From assembly GCA_965223665.1 (NCBI GenBank), contig OZ245011.1, positions 576,001 through 640,000 on the forward strand: a DNA stretch of 64,000 nt, read 5' to 3'. The notes below the pieces were generated by a model, which was given only the letters and a program-made list of their open reading frames with translations, searched no databases and had not been told where the DNA came from. The position numbers were made by a program, and so were the translations under genes. This DNA comes from Nitrospinaceae bacterium (lineage in GTDB: Bacteria > Nitrospinota > Nitrospinia > Nitrospinales > Nitrospinaceae). Numbering within the stretch: the first letter of the stretch is position 1; the number at the start of each line of letters is the position of its first letter. This document shows, one piece after another, positions 27,979-39,247 of the stretch.

Positions 27979-29447
27979 TGGGTTCAGTAAAGGGCTTTTT
28001 GGAATTTCCTAGAGAAACACCGGATTCTCGCCCTGTGGAAGATAGACTAAGTGATCAAAAAGAAGTTTACGAACCCTTTCCTATTGAGAAATATCGTGAA
28101 CAGGGAGCCCGTTGTATGGATTGCGGTGTTCCTTTTTGTCAAAGCCATACCGGTTGTCCTTTGGGAAATTCGATTCCTGATTGGAACGATATGGTATTTC
28201 GAAATAAATGGGAAGAAGCTCTAGCTCTACTTTTAAAAACAAATAATTTTCCAGAGTTTACCGGCCGCATTTGTCCGGCACCTTGTGAGGGGGCTTGTGT
28301 ATTGGGGATTACTGAACCCCCAGTTACTATTAGAAATATTGAGGAAATTATTGCTGAAAAAGGTTTTGAAAATGGATGGATGAAACCAAATCCTCCAAAA
28401 AAGAGAACTGGAAAGAAAGTAGCAATTGTGGGGTCTGGCCCAGCCGGTTTAGCAGCGGCTGATCAACTTAATCAAGCCGGGCATTTAGTTACGGTTTTTG
28501 AAAAGGCTGATCGGGTTGGCGGATTACTAATGTATGGAATTCCACATTTTAAACTTGAAAAACGAATAGTCCATCGACGTATCCAGTTAATGGAGAAAGA
28601 AGGAATTACTTTCAAAACCAATTCCCATGTGGGGAAGAATGTATTAATTTCAGATTTGCAAAATCAATTTGACGCGATTTTGATGTGTTGTGGGTCAGAA
28701 AAGCCTAGAGATTTGCCTGTAGAGGGTAGAGAATTGGATGGGATTCACTTTGCAATGGACTTTCTGCCTCAACAAAATAAGAGGAATGAAGGAGACCGAA
28801 TCGATGAAAAAATTGCCATCACAGCTAGGGATAAAAATGTATTGATCATAGGTGGTGGTGATACAGGTTCCGATTGCCTAGGAACTTCTTTGAGGCAGGG
28901 AGCCAAAAACGTGTATCAATTTGAATTACTAAATGAACCCCCTAAAGAGCGGGCTGAAAAAAATCCTTGGCCTCAATGGCCTATGGTTCTAAGAGTGAGC
29001 TCATCCCATGAAGAAGCCCAAAAGCAAGTTACGCGCTACAATATTTTAACTAAGAAGTTCACTGGTGAAAATGGAAAGGTGAAAAAAGTTCATGCGGTAA
29101 ACATTCGTTTTGGTGAGCCGGAGCCAGGAACAGGTCGTCCGGCGATAATAGAAGTTCCAGGCTCTGAATTTGAACTAGAGGTGGATTTGGTGTTGTTGGC
29201 CATGGGTTTTGTTCACCCCGTTCATGAAGGGTTGGTAAAGCAACTAAAGGTAAAATTGGACGGTAGAAATAATGTGGCTTGCGATAAAAATAAAATGACA
29301 AATATTGATGGAATTTTTGTTGCAGGGGACATGACCCGGGGGCAATCTTTGGTGGTTTGGGCTATTGCAGAAGGGCGCGAAGCTGCACGGTCCATTGATG
29401 AATATCTTATGGGCTATACTTTTTTACCTCACAGTGAATTTTTATAG
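27978..29447 (+). CDS. gltD: Glutamate synthase small subunit
   Basis: [41 protein letters not shown]. Confidence 0.96.
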   Translation: MGSVKGFLEFPRETPDSRPVEDRLSDQKEVYEPFPIEKYREQGARCMDCGVPFCQSHTGCPLGNSIPDWNDMVFRNKWEEALALLLKTNNFPEFTGRICPAPCEGACVLGITEPPVTIRNIEEIIAEKGFENGWMKPNPPKKRTGKKVAIVGSGPAGLAAADQLNQAGHLVTVFEKADRVGGLLMYGIPHFKLEKRIVHRRIQLMEKEGITFKTNSHVGKNVLISDLQNQFDAILMCCGSEKPRDLPVEGRELDGIHFAMDFLPQQNKRNEGDRIDEKIAITARDKNVLIIGGGDTGSDCLGTSLRQGAKNVYQFELLNEPPKERAEKNPWPQWPMVLRVSSSHEEAQKQVTRYNILTKKFTGENGKVKKVHAVNIRFGEPEPGTGRPAIIEVPGSEFELEVDLVLLAMGFVHPVHEGLVKQLKVKLDGRNNVACDKNKMTNIDGIFVAGDMTRGQSLVVWAIAEGREAARSIDEYLMGYTFLPHSEFL

Positions 29448-29569
29448 GTAAATAAGGGTATAAAGTTTTTGATAAAGCCAGATATTAGCTGCACAACCCT
29501 TCCAAATAGATATCTTTAGGTCTCCCTGGAAATACTAAAAACAAAATATCGCAAATTGCTAATGCGATA

Positions 29570-30187
29570 TTAATTTCCAGATGACATAATGAGTTGAATT
29601 CGTTTGTGAATATTCAGTTTTTTAAAGACCTTTTTCAAATGAAATTTAACGGTAAAGACACTTATATCTAAAATTCTAGCAATCTCATCATCGTTAAATC
29701 CCTCACTGGCTAAACGAGCAACTTCTTGTTCTCTGCGAGTTAAATGCGCATCTTTATAATTTAAATCTTGCTTATAAGAAGGTTTGAAATCTGAAGAATT
29801 TTCTTTGTTTTCTGGAAACCGATTCTTTAAGCACTTTTCGACTTTACTTATTAAATCTAGAGGCATTATAGGTTTTAAAATATAATCCTCAACGTGCAGT
29901 CTAATGGCTTGAATAGCAGTATCCATAGTTCCGTAACCAGTTAAAATCATAACCGCTGTATCTGGTCGAATTTTTTTTATTTCTTCGGTAACTTCAATAC
30001 CACTTTTATCACCCATTTTTAGATCAGTGATTACTAAATCAAAAGGTTCTTTTTTAAAGGTCTCAATACCTTCTTTTCCGCTAAAAGCCGTTTTGACAGA
30101 GTAACCGATTTTTTGCAAATGCTTACCTAAAGCTTTGCACAAGGTTTCTTCATCATCAATAAAAAGTATTGTTTTTGAGTCTTGCAT
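29570..30187 (-). CDS. Response regulator, REC plus LuxR/NarL-type HTH
   Basis: IDDE, TDLKM, TG.G, KP; LTRREQEV...G....EIA..L.IS..TVKFH. Confidence 0.9.
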   Translation of the reverse strand: MQDSKTILFIDDEETLCKALGKHLQKIGYSVKTAFSGKEGIETFKKEPFDLVITDLKMGDKSGIEVTEEIKKIRPDTAVMILTGYGTMDTAIQAIRLHVEDYILKPIMPLDLISKVEKCLKNRFPENKENSSDFKPSYKQDLNYKDAHLTRREQEVARLASEGFNDDEIARILDISVFTVKFHLKKVFKKLNIHKRIQLIMSSGN

Positions 30188-30325
30188 GATCCCCCTCATG
30201 ACCATGAGTTATGAATAATATAAAACACTTTACCTTAAAATAATCAGACATCTGAGCATAGCAAATAAATAAAAATAAATCACCCCTTAACTGAATAAAG
30301 TTAAAAAAATTATAGTTTTGGAAAC

Positions 30326-30404
30326 TGGACTTGTGAGTCCAAAACAGGATGGATTAACTATTGAAAATTTGTTTATTACTGAAACATATTGGACTGAATA
30401 GTCC
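30326..30404. promoter_or_regulatory. Two GGACT-N4-AGTCC palindromes upstream of the response regulator (putative operator)
   Basis: tggacttgtgagtcca (30326-30341) and ggactgaatagtcc (30391-30404). Confidence 0.5.
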
Positions 30405-30506
30405 TAAAAAATTCGAATAACAAAGATAATATTTTTATTTAGGAAAAACAGATTTTTTTTTAATGATAGGATTTTCGGGGTTTTTTGCGTATTTTGCGGT
30501 TAGAAA

Positions 30507-31583
30507 TTAGATTTTTAACCGCTGAAGAAAGCCTTTAAGCTTTTTCTTAGTAGGTTTTCCATCGATTTCAGATAGTTCTAAAAACAATTCTTTTTGCCGT
30601 TTATTCAATTTTTTAGGCGTTTCTACAAAAAGGTGGATGATTTGATCTCCTCTTCCGTGGCCTCTAATATGAGGAATTCCGCCTCCCGATATTCTTTGTT
30701 TTTCACCTGATTGGGTACCTTCTGGAATAGTAATTGAGCGAGTTTTCCCATCCAAGAGTGGAATTTCAATTTCAGCACCAAGCGCGGCCTGAGAAATTGA
30801 GACATTCAATTGGCAATAGACATCATTGCCTTCTCGATGGAAAAAGTCGTGGGCTTGAACATGAATAAAAACATACAAATCACCAGGCGGTGTCCCAGGG
30901 CCTCCTTCGCCTTCTCCCCTTAATCTTAATCGAGACCCATCATCTACTCCACCTGGGATATTAATTGATATAGATTTTTTCTCTGCTACAACACCTTCAC
31001 CGTGACATGTATTACAGGGATCTTTTACAATACTCCCCATCCCATGGCAATTTGGACATGGGCTTTGAAGGCTAAAAAATCCCTGAGACCTTACAACCTG
31101 TCCCGTTCCCCTACAAGTACCACAAGTCGAGGGAGAAGTTCCCTTTCGGCAGCGAGAACCATTACAATCTTTACAAGTTGTATGTTTATGGACGTCAATT
31201 TCTTTTTGGGCACCAAAAGCTGCTTCTTCAAAAGAAATGGTTACATCTGCACGAATATCCGCTCCTGTTTGACTTCTTGAGCCACCAAAAAAATCTCCAA
31301 AAATATCTCCGAAGCTTGAAAAAATATCTTCAAAACCACTAAAGCCACCAAAACCCTGGCCTTTTAGTCCTTCGTGACCATATTGATCATATATGTCTCG
31401 TTTTTTAGGATCTCTTAAAACCTCATAGGCCTCTGAAGCTTCTTTAAATTTTTCTTCTGCATCTTGATTACCTGGATTCTTGTCTGGGTGGTACCTTAAT
31501 GCCATTTGTCGGTAAGCCTTTTTCAATTCTGACTCGGAAGCATTTCTTGAAACTCCAAGAATTTCGTAATAGTCTCGTTTCAC
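30507..31583 (-). CDS. dnaJ: Chaperone DnaJ
   Basis: HPD J-domain, G/F region, four CxxCxGxG repeats. Confidence 0.97.
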   Translation of the reverse strand: MKRDYYEILGVSRNASESELKKAYRQMALRYHPDKNPGNQDAEEKFKEASEAYEVLRDPKKRDIYDQYGHEGLKGQGFGGFSGFEDIFSSFGDIFGDFFGGSRSQTGADIRADVTISFEEAAFGAQKEIDVHKHTTCKDCNGSRCRKGTSPSTCGTCRGTGQVVRSQGFFSLQSPCPNCHGMGSIVKDPCNTCHGEGVVAEKKSISINIPGGVDDGSRLRLRGEGEGGPGTPPGDLYVFIHVQAHDFFHREGNDVYCQLNVSISQAALGAEIEIPLLDGKTRSITIPEGTQSGEKQRISGGGIPHIRGHGRGDQIIHLFVETPKKLNKRQKELFLELSEIDGKPTKKKLKGFLQRLKI

Positions 31584-31593
31584 GGGATGGGGC

Positions 31594-32205
31594 CTATTCT
31601 TTTTTAAGTTTAGTAATTTTAACTTTTGCGGGTCGAATTAATTTTTCTTTATAGATATAACCAGTTTCCAGTTCTTCCACAATAATATTTTCCTTTTGAG
31701 GATCGTCTGTTTCTTCTGTCAAAAATACTTCATGGGTTTCAGGATTAAATTGCTCGCCCAGGGTGGGGATATTTTCAATATCACAATTTTTTAACTCATT
31801 TGTAAATTGAGATATTATTAGTTCAATGCCTTCCTTAAGGCTGTCCAAACTATTCTCACTTGACGTGGTGTTAATGGCACGTTGTAAATTATCTAATATG
31901 GGAATGAATTTTTTAAAGAAATTTGCTTTCAGTTGGTCTACTCGAACTTCGTTCTCCTTTTGTAATCGTATTCGGAATTCTTCGTTCTCAGCATTTTTAT
32001 TTTTATAAGCCGCAATGTACTCTTTAAGCCGTCGATCTTTTTCTTCCGCTTCCTTTTTTAGTTTTTCAACATAGGTGGGTAAACGTTCTTCTATTTCCGA
32101 ATCCTTAATTGATTCATCATCTTCGTTAACCCAGTGACGCTTATCCGTTACCCTGAACTTAGAATCCTCTTCATCTTGGCTTGTTTTGGTTTTGTTTTTT
32201 TCCAT
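31594..32205 (-). CDS. grpE: Nucleotide exchange factor GrpE
   Basis: [20 protein letters not shown]...LIRPAKVKI; between dnaK and dnaJ. Confidence 0.92.
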   Translation of the reverse strand: MEKNKTKTSQDEEDSKFRVTDKRHWVNEDDESIKDSEIEERLPTYVEKLKKEAEEKDRRLKEYIAAYKNKNAENEEFRIRLQKENEVRVDQLKANFFKKFIPILDNLQRAINTTSSENSLDSLKEGIELIISQFTNELKNCDIENIPTLGEQFNPETHEVFLTEETDDPQKENIIVEELETGYIYKEKLIRPAKVKITKLKKE

Positions 32206-32220
32206 AGAACGATATAAATC

Positions 32221-32256
32221 AACCTAGAGAGTTTTGGAAAACAAACTCTCTAGGTT
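32221..32256. terminator. 14-bp stem-loop between dnaK and grpE (partial terminator or stability hairpin)
   Basis: AACCTAGAGAGTTT-8 nt-AAACTCTCTAGGTT perfect inverted repeat. Confidence 0.6.
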
Positions 32257-32317
32257 AGGTTAAAGTAAAATAATGTGGGTTAATATTTAAGTTTAATTGC
32301 AATGTTAAAATAAAAAC

Positions 32318-34243
32318 TTATTTCTTATTGCTAATATCTTCGAACTCGGCATCAACTACATCATCATCTGATTTGTTTGAAGAATCCTCTGGATTAGGTG
32401 CAGATGGACCACCATCATTACCATCCGTTTGTCCCTCAGGAGCTTCCTGCTTAGAATAGATTTTTTGTGCCAGATCATGGGAGGCTTTAGTAAGGTTCTC
32501 TGTTTGTTCTTTAATTTTTTCAGCGTCATCTTCTTCAACGGCTTTTTTGCTTTCAGAAATAGCATCCTGAACTTCTTTTAAATCGGCTTCTTCTAATTTA
32601 TCCTTATTTTCGTTGATAGTTTTTTCAGTATTATAAATTAAAGAATCCAGCTGATTTTTAGCGTCAATTTTTTCACGACGTTCTTTATCTGCTGCAGCAT
32701 TCTCCTCAGCATCTTTAACCATATTGTTAATATCTTCCTCACTTAATCCCGTATTATCGGTAATGGTTATTTTTTGCTCTTTATTGGTGCCTTTATCTTT
32801 TGCAGAAACATTTAGAATTCCATTGGCATCTATATCGAAAGTAACTTCGATTTGGGGAATACCTCTTGGGGCAGCTGGTATACCATCTAAATGGAATTTA
32901 CCTAAAGACCGATTATCCTTGGACATTTCTCTTTCACCTTGAAGAACATTGATTTCAACACTGGGTTGATTATCCGAGGCGGTGGAGAAAGTTTCGCTTT
33001 TTCTTGTTGGAATGGTTGTATTCCGTTCAATCAATTTAGTGGTCACTCCACCCAGAGTTTCAATTCCAAGGGAAAGAGGGGTAACATCCAACAGAAGGAT
33101 GTCTTTTACATCTCCAGCTAAAACACCCGCTTGGACGGCAGCACCCAGCGCAACTACTTCATCCGGGTTTACACCACGGTGAGGTTCGCGATTGAATAGA
33201 TCTTTTACAATTTGCTGTGCTTTGGGAACACGGGTAGAACCACCCACGAGCACTGCCTCGTGAATTTGGTTTGCTTCCAACCCAGCATCTTTTAGAGCTT
33301 TACGACAGGGTTCTTTGGTTCTTTCTAAAAGATCATCCACCATGGATTCAAATTTTGCGCGGGACAGCCGCATATTTAGATGTTTTGGTCCTGTCGCATC
33401 AGCTGTAATGAACGGGAGATTAATATCTGTTTCGTTGGTGGAAGATAATTCCATTTTGGCTTTTTCAGCAGCTTCTTTTAATCTTTGTAAAGCCATATTG
33501 TCATTATTTAAATCTATTCCTGAATCTTTCTTAAACTCGGTCACTAACCAGTCTATGACTCTCTGATCGAGGTTGTCACCACCTAGATGAGTGTCCCCGT
33601 TGGTAGCTTTTACCTCCACTACATTGTCACCCACTTCCAAAATAGAAATATCAAATGTTCCTCCGCCAAAATCATAAACGGCGATCATATGGTCTTTGTT
33701 TTTATCTAACCCATATGCTAGAGCTGAAGCAGTAGGCTCATTAATTATTCTTTTAACCTCCAATCCAGCAATTTTTCCTGCATCTTTTGTGGCCTGTCTT
33801 TGTGCATCATTAAAATAAGCAGGAACAGTAATAACAGCTTCTGTAACAGTCTCACCCAAATAGGTTTCTGCTGATTTTTTTAATTTTTGGAGAATCATTG
33901 CAGAAATCTCAGGGGGACTATATTGTTTTCCCTGAACTTCAATTCGAACATCATTTTTGGGGCCCTTAATAACCTTATAAGGGACCATTTTCATTTCCTC
34001 ACTCACTTCATTAAAAGAACGGCCCATGAATCGCTTAACTGAAAAGACAGTGTTTTCTGGGTTGGCAATGGCTTGTCTTTTAGCAACTTGTCCTACTAAT
34101 ATTTCTCCATCTTTGGTAAAACCCACCACAGAGGGTGTGGTTTGATTGCCTTCCTCATTAACAATAACTTTTGGTTCATTTCCTTCCATAACAGCAACCA
34201 CAGAATTAGTGGTTCCTAAGTCGATTCCAATAATTTTTCCCAT
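32318..34243 (-). CDS. dnaK: Chaperone DnaK
   Basis: [36 protein letters not shown]. Confidence 0.98.
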   Translation of the reverse strand: MGKIIGIDLGTTNSVVAVMEGNEPKVIVNEEGNQTTPSVVGFTKDGEILVGQVAKRQAIANPENTVFSVKRFMGRSFNEVSEEMKMVPYKVIKGPKNDVRIEVQGKQYSPPEISAMILQKLKKSAETYLGETVTEAVITVPAYFNDAQRQATKDAGKIAGLEVKRIINEPTASALAYGLDKNKDHMIAVYDFGGGTFDISILEVGDNVVEVKATNGDTHLGGDNLDQRVIDWLVTEFKKDSGIDLNNDNMALQRLKEAAEKAKMELSSTNETDINLPFITADATGPKHLNMRLSRAKFESMVDDLLERTKEPCRKALKDAGLEANQIHEAVLVGGSTRVPKAQQIVKDLFNREPHRGVNPDEVVALGAAVQAGVLAGDVKDILLLDVTPLSLGIETLGGVTTKLIERNTTIPTRKSETFSTASDNQPSVEINVLQGEREMSKDNRSLGKFHLDGIPAAPRGIPQIEVTFDIDANGILNVSAKDKGTNKEQKITITDNTGLSEEDINNMVKDAEENAAADKERREKIDAKNQLDSLIYNTEKTINENKDKLEEADLKEVQDAISESKKAVEEDDAEKIKEQTENLTKASHDLAQKIYSKQEAPEGQTDGNDGGPSAPNPEDSSNKSDDDVVDAEFEDISNKK

Positions 34244-34491
34244 TGGGCGTTCCTTTCAATTTTAAATTAAGCAATATATATAAAAACGGATTTCGTTAAT
34301 TTCAATTTTGCTTTACACTAAATTAATAGCCAGTTAATAAATAAAATTTGAAAAGAGGTTAGTCAAGGTTACAAGTGAAAATAATCAGAAAAAATGCGAT
34401 GGGCTCTTGTTTCATAAGATTTTGTTTTTAAAGGGCTTAGTGGTTTCAGGGGGATTGGGAATTATTAAAATTTCAATTTTTAGGTGCTTTT

Positions 34492-34878
34492 GTGACTACA
34501 AATAATCAGGATAATCACAGAGAGTTTTCCCGTGTTCCTCTTTGTATTGAGGCGATTGTTCAAACCGAAGAAACACAAGTTAGATCAGAGAATACCCGTG
34601 ACATTAGTATGAAAGGAATTTTCATTGTTACTGACCACCCAGTACCCTTAAGAACATTGTGCGAAATCACTCTGGTTTTAAAAGGTCAGGAAAATCCGAT
34701 AAAAGTCGAAATCAGAGGGATGGTAGTAAGATCTACAGATGAAGGTATAGGATTACAGTTTACGGAATTAGCCTTGGAAGCTTATGACCATCTACAAAAT
34801 ATGGTTAAGTTAAATTCACCAGATCCGGATCAGGTAGAACAAGAATTTAAGGAACATCTTGGATTAAAGAAAAGATAA
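34492..34878 (+). CDS. PilZ-domain protein
   Basis: HREFSR (RxxxR) and DISMKG (DxSxxG). Confidence 0.85.
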   Translation: MTTNNQDNHREFSRVPLCIEAIVQTEETQVRSENTRDISMKGIFIVTDHPVPLRTLCEITLVLKGQENPIKVEIRGMVVRSTDEGIGLQFTELALEAYDHLQNMVKLNSPDPDQVEQEFKEHLGLKKR

Positions 34879-34920
34879 TAATTTTAAATCTTTATTGAAG
34901 ATTTAAAAAAAAATTAGAGT

Positions 34921-35361
34921 CTAGGTTTCAAAAACCGTGATACCGAATTCTGAATCTGAGCTTTCAAAACAAACTTGAGTAAGAATCTTTTTGGGGAGTG
35001 ACTCTAAATCTATATTGGGTGAAATTAACTCTGGAAGGGAAAGAACTGAAGGCTCTGGGACTAATCCTTTAATATTTCCACCAATCATATTAGCCAATTC
35101 AGCCAGCGTTTCGTTTTTATCTTCTTGTGTTGATTCATCTTCGCCAAGTGAGAACATTTTTTGTGTGGCAACTTTTAATAGAAGTGGTGCAATATTTAAA
35201 ATAATGTCCCCATTCCATTGACCAGAAATTTTTATTCGAACTTTGGGTTGTTGGGCGTTTTTTAATTCTACAGGTTTATCAATAGGATTTACTTCTATTC
35301 CTAAAACTGAATTACAAATCATTTTTGCAAATTCGGTGATTTCTTTTTCAAGAAACTGCAT
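34921..35361 (-). CDS. cheX: CheX-family chemotaxis phosphatase
   Basis: ISGQWNG, ELANMIGGNIK, LSLP. Confidence 0.8.
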   Translation of the reverse strand: MQFLEKEITEFAKMICNSVLGIEVNPIDKPVELKNAQQPKVRIKISGQWNGDIILNIAPLLLKVATQKMFSLGEDESTQEDKNETLAELANMIGGNIKGLVPEPSVLSLPELISPNIDLESLPKKILTQVCFESSDSEFGITVFET

Positions 35362-35363
35362 CG

Positions 35364-35825
35364 TTATTTTCCTGTTCCATTCTCAGCTTTTTTTACCATC
35401 GTCACTACAAAAGGGACTTCTTCGCACTTGAAGGTTAGCATGGCAATTAATTCACTTCCAGGAATTCGGAGTTCAAAGTCCGTAACGGCAACCGTAGGAA
35501 GAGAAAGATAACAAGGTTCCGGGAGAAGAGACTTAATATTTCCTCCTGTCATATTTGCTAATTCTCCTAAAGCGTCACGAATATCATCCGTGGTTGACTC
35601 ATCCTCTGCTTGCGAGAACATGATCCCTGCAGCTTTTTTAGCTAATCCCATTGGACATGTAACGGCTATTGTTCCTTGCCATTCGCCTGTAATATGAACA
35701 CACCCTGCCAAAGTATTTTCTTTGCCATTTGGTTTAAATGGTATGTCACTAGGGCTTACCTCTAAGTCCAGGGTATTCTTCCAAATGGATTCGGTAAAAT
35801 CTTTTATTTCATTTTCAAAACTCAT
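35364..35825 (-). CDS. cheX: CheX-family chemotaxis phosphatase
   Basis: ITGEWQG, DALGELANMTGGNIK, LSLPTV. Confidence 0.85.
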   Translation of the reverse strand: MSFENEIKDFTESIWKNTLDLEVSPSDIPFKPNGKENTLAGCVHITGEWQGTIAVTCPMGLAKKAAGIMFSQAEDESTTDDIRDALGELANMTGGNIKSLLPEPCYLSLPTVAVTDFELRIPGSELIAMLTFKCEEVPFVVTMVKKAENGTGK

Positions 35826-36649
35826 TATGCGCCTCGAATTTTATAGCAGCCGGATTGTTGTATTTGGATGCGCTCAAAAGAATTGTCCAAATTCAAGGTG
35901 GATTCAGCTGCTCCTAAAAATAAATAACCATCGGGTCTTAAAACATTTTTTAGTTGGGACAAAATTTTCTTTTTCATTTCAACGTCAAAATAGATTAATA
36001 CATTTCTTAAAAAAATAATGTCGAATTTGGGTAACAGCGGAAAGGGTTTAGAAAGATTGATTTTTTGAAAATCAATTAATTTTCTAAATTCTTCTTTAAT
36101 AACCCACTCCATACCCTGACGCGTGAAATGTTTGACCAATAGGGGAGCTGGTAGTCCTCGGTTTACTTCCAATTGAGTGAATGCCCCTCTTTTGCATCGA
36201 TTGAGCATTTCATCGGAAATGTCACTGGCCATAAATTTGATTTTCCAAGAATTTAATTGTGGGAAATCATTTCTTAATACCAAAGCAATCGTATAAGGTT
36301 CTTGACCGCTGGAACTTGCTCCACACCAAATGTTTAATTCTCTCTTAGAAGTCCGTTTTTCAATTATATCAGGCAATACCATTTTCTTTAGTGTTTCAAA
36401 AGGGTGAATGTCCCTAAAAAAAGAAGTCTCATTGGTAGTTAAAGCATCCACAACCTTATCTTGTAAACCATTTGCTGATGAACCTCGTAATTCTTTAACC
36501 AAATCTTCAATAGAAGAAAATTTTTCTTGATTTAAAAGGGGCAGCATCCTGGACTCAACTAGGTATTCTTTTCCCGGCTCAAGAACTATGGCAGATTTTT
36601 CCAAAACCAATTTTCGGATGTAATCAAAATCCCCTTGCTTTATGGCCAT
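35825..36649 (-). CDS. cheR: Chemotaxis protein-glutamate O-methyltransferase
   Basis: TTNETSFFRD, SSGQEPY, RNVLIYFD, LFLGAAES. Confidence 0.95.
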   Translation of the reverse strand: MAIKQGDFDYIRKLVLEKSAIVLEPGKEYLVESRMLPLLNQEKFSSIEDLVKELRGSSANGLQDKVVDALTTNETSFFRDIHPFETLKKMVLPDIIEKRTSKRELNIWCGASSSGQEPYTIALVLRNDFPQLNSWKIKFMASDISDEMLNRCKRGAFTQLEVNRGLPAPLLVKHFTRQGMEWVIKEEFRKLIDFQKINLSKPFPLLPKFDIIFLRNVLIYFDVEMKKKILSQLKNVLRPDGYLFLGAAESTLNLDNSFERIQIQQSGCYKIRGA

Positions 36650-36992
36650 CTATATTTACCTATCTAAAAATAATTTAAACAACTTTTTAATTATAAAAGT
36701 TGTAAGATTCTTTGATTTTTCATTTAACTGTTTTACTTCAAAACTACTGTTCATATTTAAGCTTTGATTTTTTGGGGTGGGATTTTCTGGGTATAGATTT
36801 TGCTGTAATTTCAAATAAAGATTATTGTTAAATTTGATTTTTAAGAAGGAAGTTTCCAGTTTAATGTATTGATGTTTAAAATTTGGAAACTTGAAAGAAA
36901 AAGCGATGCTAGCAATATCTCTAAACATAAAACGCCAACAGACTCCAGTCAAAATAGTTAACCCCAAAAAGCATTGTTGAAACCTGATCTTG

Positions 36993-37364
36993 TTAAGCCA
37001 CTGAAATGCCCATTAAGGATAACTTCTCCAAGATCATTTCTTTTGTGAAAGGTTTCATCAAATATTCATTTGCTCCTGCTTTCAACGCTTTGATGACTTG
37101 AGACATTTCTGTTTCTGTTGTAACCATCATCATTTGCATATCATTCAATTCAGCATTTTTTCTTACTTCACAAATGAATTCATACCCATTCATTTCTGGC
37201 ATATTCCAATCCACCAGAGCCAAATCCATTTTTCCTTCATCTCGTATGCAATCTAAAGCTTTAAGGCCGTTTTCCGCCCCAAAAACAGAAAATCCGATTT
37301 CTTTTAAAATTTTAGTCAAAATAATTCTTATTGCTTTTGAATCATCTATTACCAATGCACGCAC
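36993..37364 (-). CDS. cheY: Single-domain response regulator (CheY-like)
   Basis: IDDS, VDWNMPEMNG, VTTE, KPF; che-cluster context. Confidence 0.8.
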   Translation of the reverse strand: MRALVIDDSKAIRIILTKILKEIGFSVFGAENGLKALDCIRDEGKMDLALVDWNMPEMNGYEFICEVRKNAELNDMQMMMVTTETEMSQVIKALKAGANEYLMKPFTKEMILEKLSLMGISVA

Positions 37365-37605
37365 TAATTTCTCTCCAAGTATTCACCTTGATAGGAAAGG
37401 TAATTTTAATCTGTTAACTTATTGGCAAAAAAGCTAGTTATAACCCCTAGATTTTAGGCTAAAGTTTTATTAGAAACCTGTCAAATGAAAAAAGGAAAGA
37501 TTTCAGAAGAACTTGTAGAACCAATTAAAATAGGTTAAAAAAATGGAGAAATTCCAAAAAAGAAAATTAAATAGGTTTTAAAAGCAAATTGAAATTGAAA
37601 AGGAG

Positions 37606-37625
37606 AAGGGGCCTTTGGGCCCCTT
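37606..37625 (-). terminator. Terminator hairpin after the oxidoreductase delta-subunit gene
   Basis: AAGGGGCC-TTTG-GGCCCCTT, 6 bp after the stop. Confidence 0.65.
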
Positions 37626-37631
37626 AATTTT

Positions 37632-38348
37632 TTATTCGGAGTGTTCGTTAATTCCTTCCGCCAGTTCACCCATGAAAAGTGTGGCATCTTCTTTAGAAGG
37701 AGCGGCATTTTTTCTCTTATTTTCGGCTATTTCTTCAAGTTCCTCCTTGCCTTCAGGAGTATGAGCCCAAGGAGTAATAGTTTCCTTTGCTTTTTTTATG
37801 GCTTCTGTAATTCTTATAAGCTTACCAGAATCTAAATCTCGAAGTGATAGAAGAGCGTCTTCATGCCCATCGTAGGCACACCAAGCCTGAGTATAGCAAT
37901 TAGTATTGGCGCGAATCATTTTTAATGTGATATTCGCAAAATGACAGTGGACTCCAATAAGAGCACAAACATGTATTTTATTATGCTGAATTGTTAAGTT
38001 AGGGTGACAAGGATTAATCACCGCTTCAGGATCAATTTTGGGATAAATGGGTCGGTAATCGGGCATTGGAATAATATTCATACCCGGGACCTCTTTTACC
38101 AAATTTAGGGCCAATTCCGCTTTATGTCTGGTTTCTTCATTCCATCCCCATAACAACATTGGGCCAGGGAACAAGGTGGGGTTTCTCAAGGTCAACAATT
38201 TGTGGGCGGCTACTTCCAAAGCCTTTTCTTCTGTTACTTTCTCACCCTCAACCAGTTCCATTCCGGTGCCTTTATCCGGGTGAAAAATTCCCATAGATGC
38301 CGCAGATGGGGGTAAAAAACCAGCGGGACCTAATTCTAACTTTGGCAT
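37632..38348 (-). CDS. Delta subunit of five-subunit pyruvate/2-oxoglutarate:ferredoxin oxidoreductase (PorD/ForD type, CODH-beta-like family)
   Basis: GPAGFLPP, FPGPMLLW, IIPMPDYRP.YPKIDPEA.INP.HPNLTI.HNKI, GVHCH, GHEDA match the Hydrogenobacter/Nitrospira-type subunit; GGAGG RBS. Confidence 0.8.
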   Translation of the reverse strand: MPKLELGPAGFLPPSAASMGIFHPDKGTGMELVEGEKVTEEKALEVAAHKLLTLRNPTLFPGPMLLWGWNEETRHKAELALNLVKEVPGMNIIPMPDYRPIYPKIDPEAVINPCHPNLTIQHNKIHVCALIGVHCHFANITLKMIRANTNCYTQAWCAYDGHEDALLSLRDLDSGKLIRITEAIKKAKETITPWAHTPEGKEELEEIAENKRKNAAPSKEDATLFMGELAEGINEHSE

Positions 38349-38504
38349 TCTAAAAACCTCCAATAATATTTTGATTTAAGTTTCCGTAATTTTTGGGAAA
38401 CGACTATGAATTTTTATTTAGGGCCTTTAAGAGATTAAATTAATGAATTCAATAACTTAAAGGGAATAATATTAATTTTGGTAGTATAAAATTCTAAACA
38501 GTGA

Positions 38505-38533
38505 ATACTATTATCAAAAGCGGTTACTGTCAA
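38505..38533 (-). promoter_or_regulatory. Sigma70-type promoter for the delta-subunit gene
   Basis: TTGACA-17 bp-TAGTAT on the minus strand. Confidence 0.55.
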
Positions 38534-38570
38534 TAAATAATTGATATTGGAGTTCAACGGTCTTGTACAG

Positions 38571-39221
38571 TTAGTCCCCCGTCAATTTTGAATTAGATTT
38601 CCAATTATAGGGTGATTTATACCAATTACTGATTAGATCTTTTTGTTGCGGTGTGATTGCACTAAAATTCTCAGCGTATTGAATTAAAGAGGGGAAATCT
38701 AATATTGAATTCAGATGGCAATTGATTTGAGAAAAATTTCTTTCGGCTTCTTCAAACCCATAATTAAAAATACAAAAACAGTGATTAACTTTTCCACCCT
38801 TTTCTTTTATTGCCGATATAGCTTTTATAGCGCTTCCCCCTGTAGAAACTAAATCCTCAATCAATAAAACAGATTGGCCCACTTTCAAAACTCCTTCAAT
38901 TTGATTTTTTAAACCGTGCTCTTTGGGGGAAGGTCGTACATAAATCAAAGGAATTTTCATAAGATTAGCTAAGGTGGTTGCATGGGGAATTCCAGCAGTT
39001 GCCGTACCGGCAACAACATCAACAGCAATATTTTTTTCTTTAACTAGATTTAAAAGAGCATTTCCAACCAAAATTCTATGCTCTGCATTTCCCAGTAAAA
39101 GACGGTTATCGTTATAAATTGGCATTTGATACCCAGAAGCCCAGGTAAAAGGCTGCTCAGGGTTAATTTTTATGGCACCAATTTCTAAAGCTACTTTTGC
39201 CAATTCTTGTGAAAAATTCAA
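38571..39221 (-). CDS. pyrE: Orotate phosphoribosyltransferase
   Basis: FTWASG..PIY.DNR, ATAGIPHA, YVR...K.HG, IEDLVSTGGS. Confidence 0.95.
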   Translation of the reverse strand: MNFSQELAKVALEIGAIKINPEQPFTWASGYQMPIYNDNRLLLGNAEHRILVGNALLNLVKEKNIAVDVVAGTATAGIPHATTLANLMKIPLIYVRPSPKEHGLKNQIEGVLKVGQSVLLIEDLVSTGGSAIKAISAIKEKGGKVNHCFCIFNYGFEEAERNFSQINCHLNSILDFPSLIQYAENFSAITPQQKDLISNWYKSPYNWKSNSKLTGD

Positions 39222-39247
39222 ATGAGTGTACCTATGAAAAAATGGTT

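Noticed and set aside
34244-34491. CIRCE element upstream of dnaK
   Set aside because: No TTAGCACTC-N9-GAGTGCTAA match found
36656-36967. 103-aa ORF between cheY and cheR
   Set aside because: Low-complexity AT-rich translation, TTG start with no RBS; probably spurious
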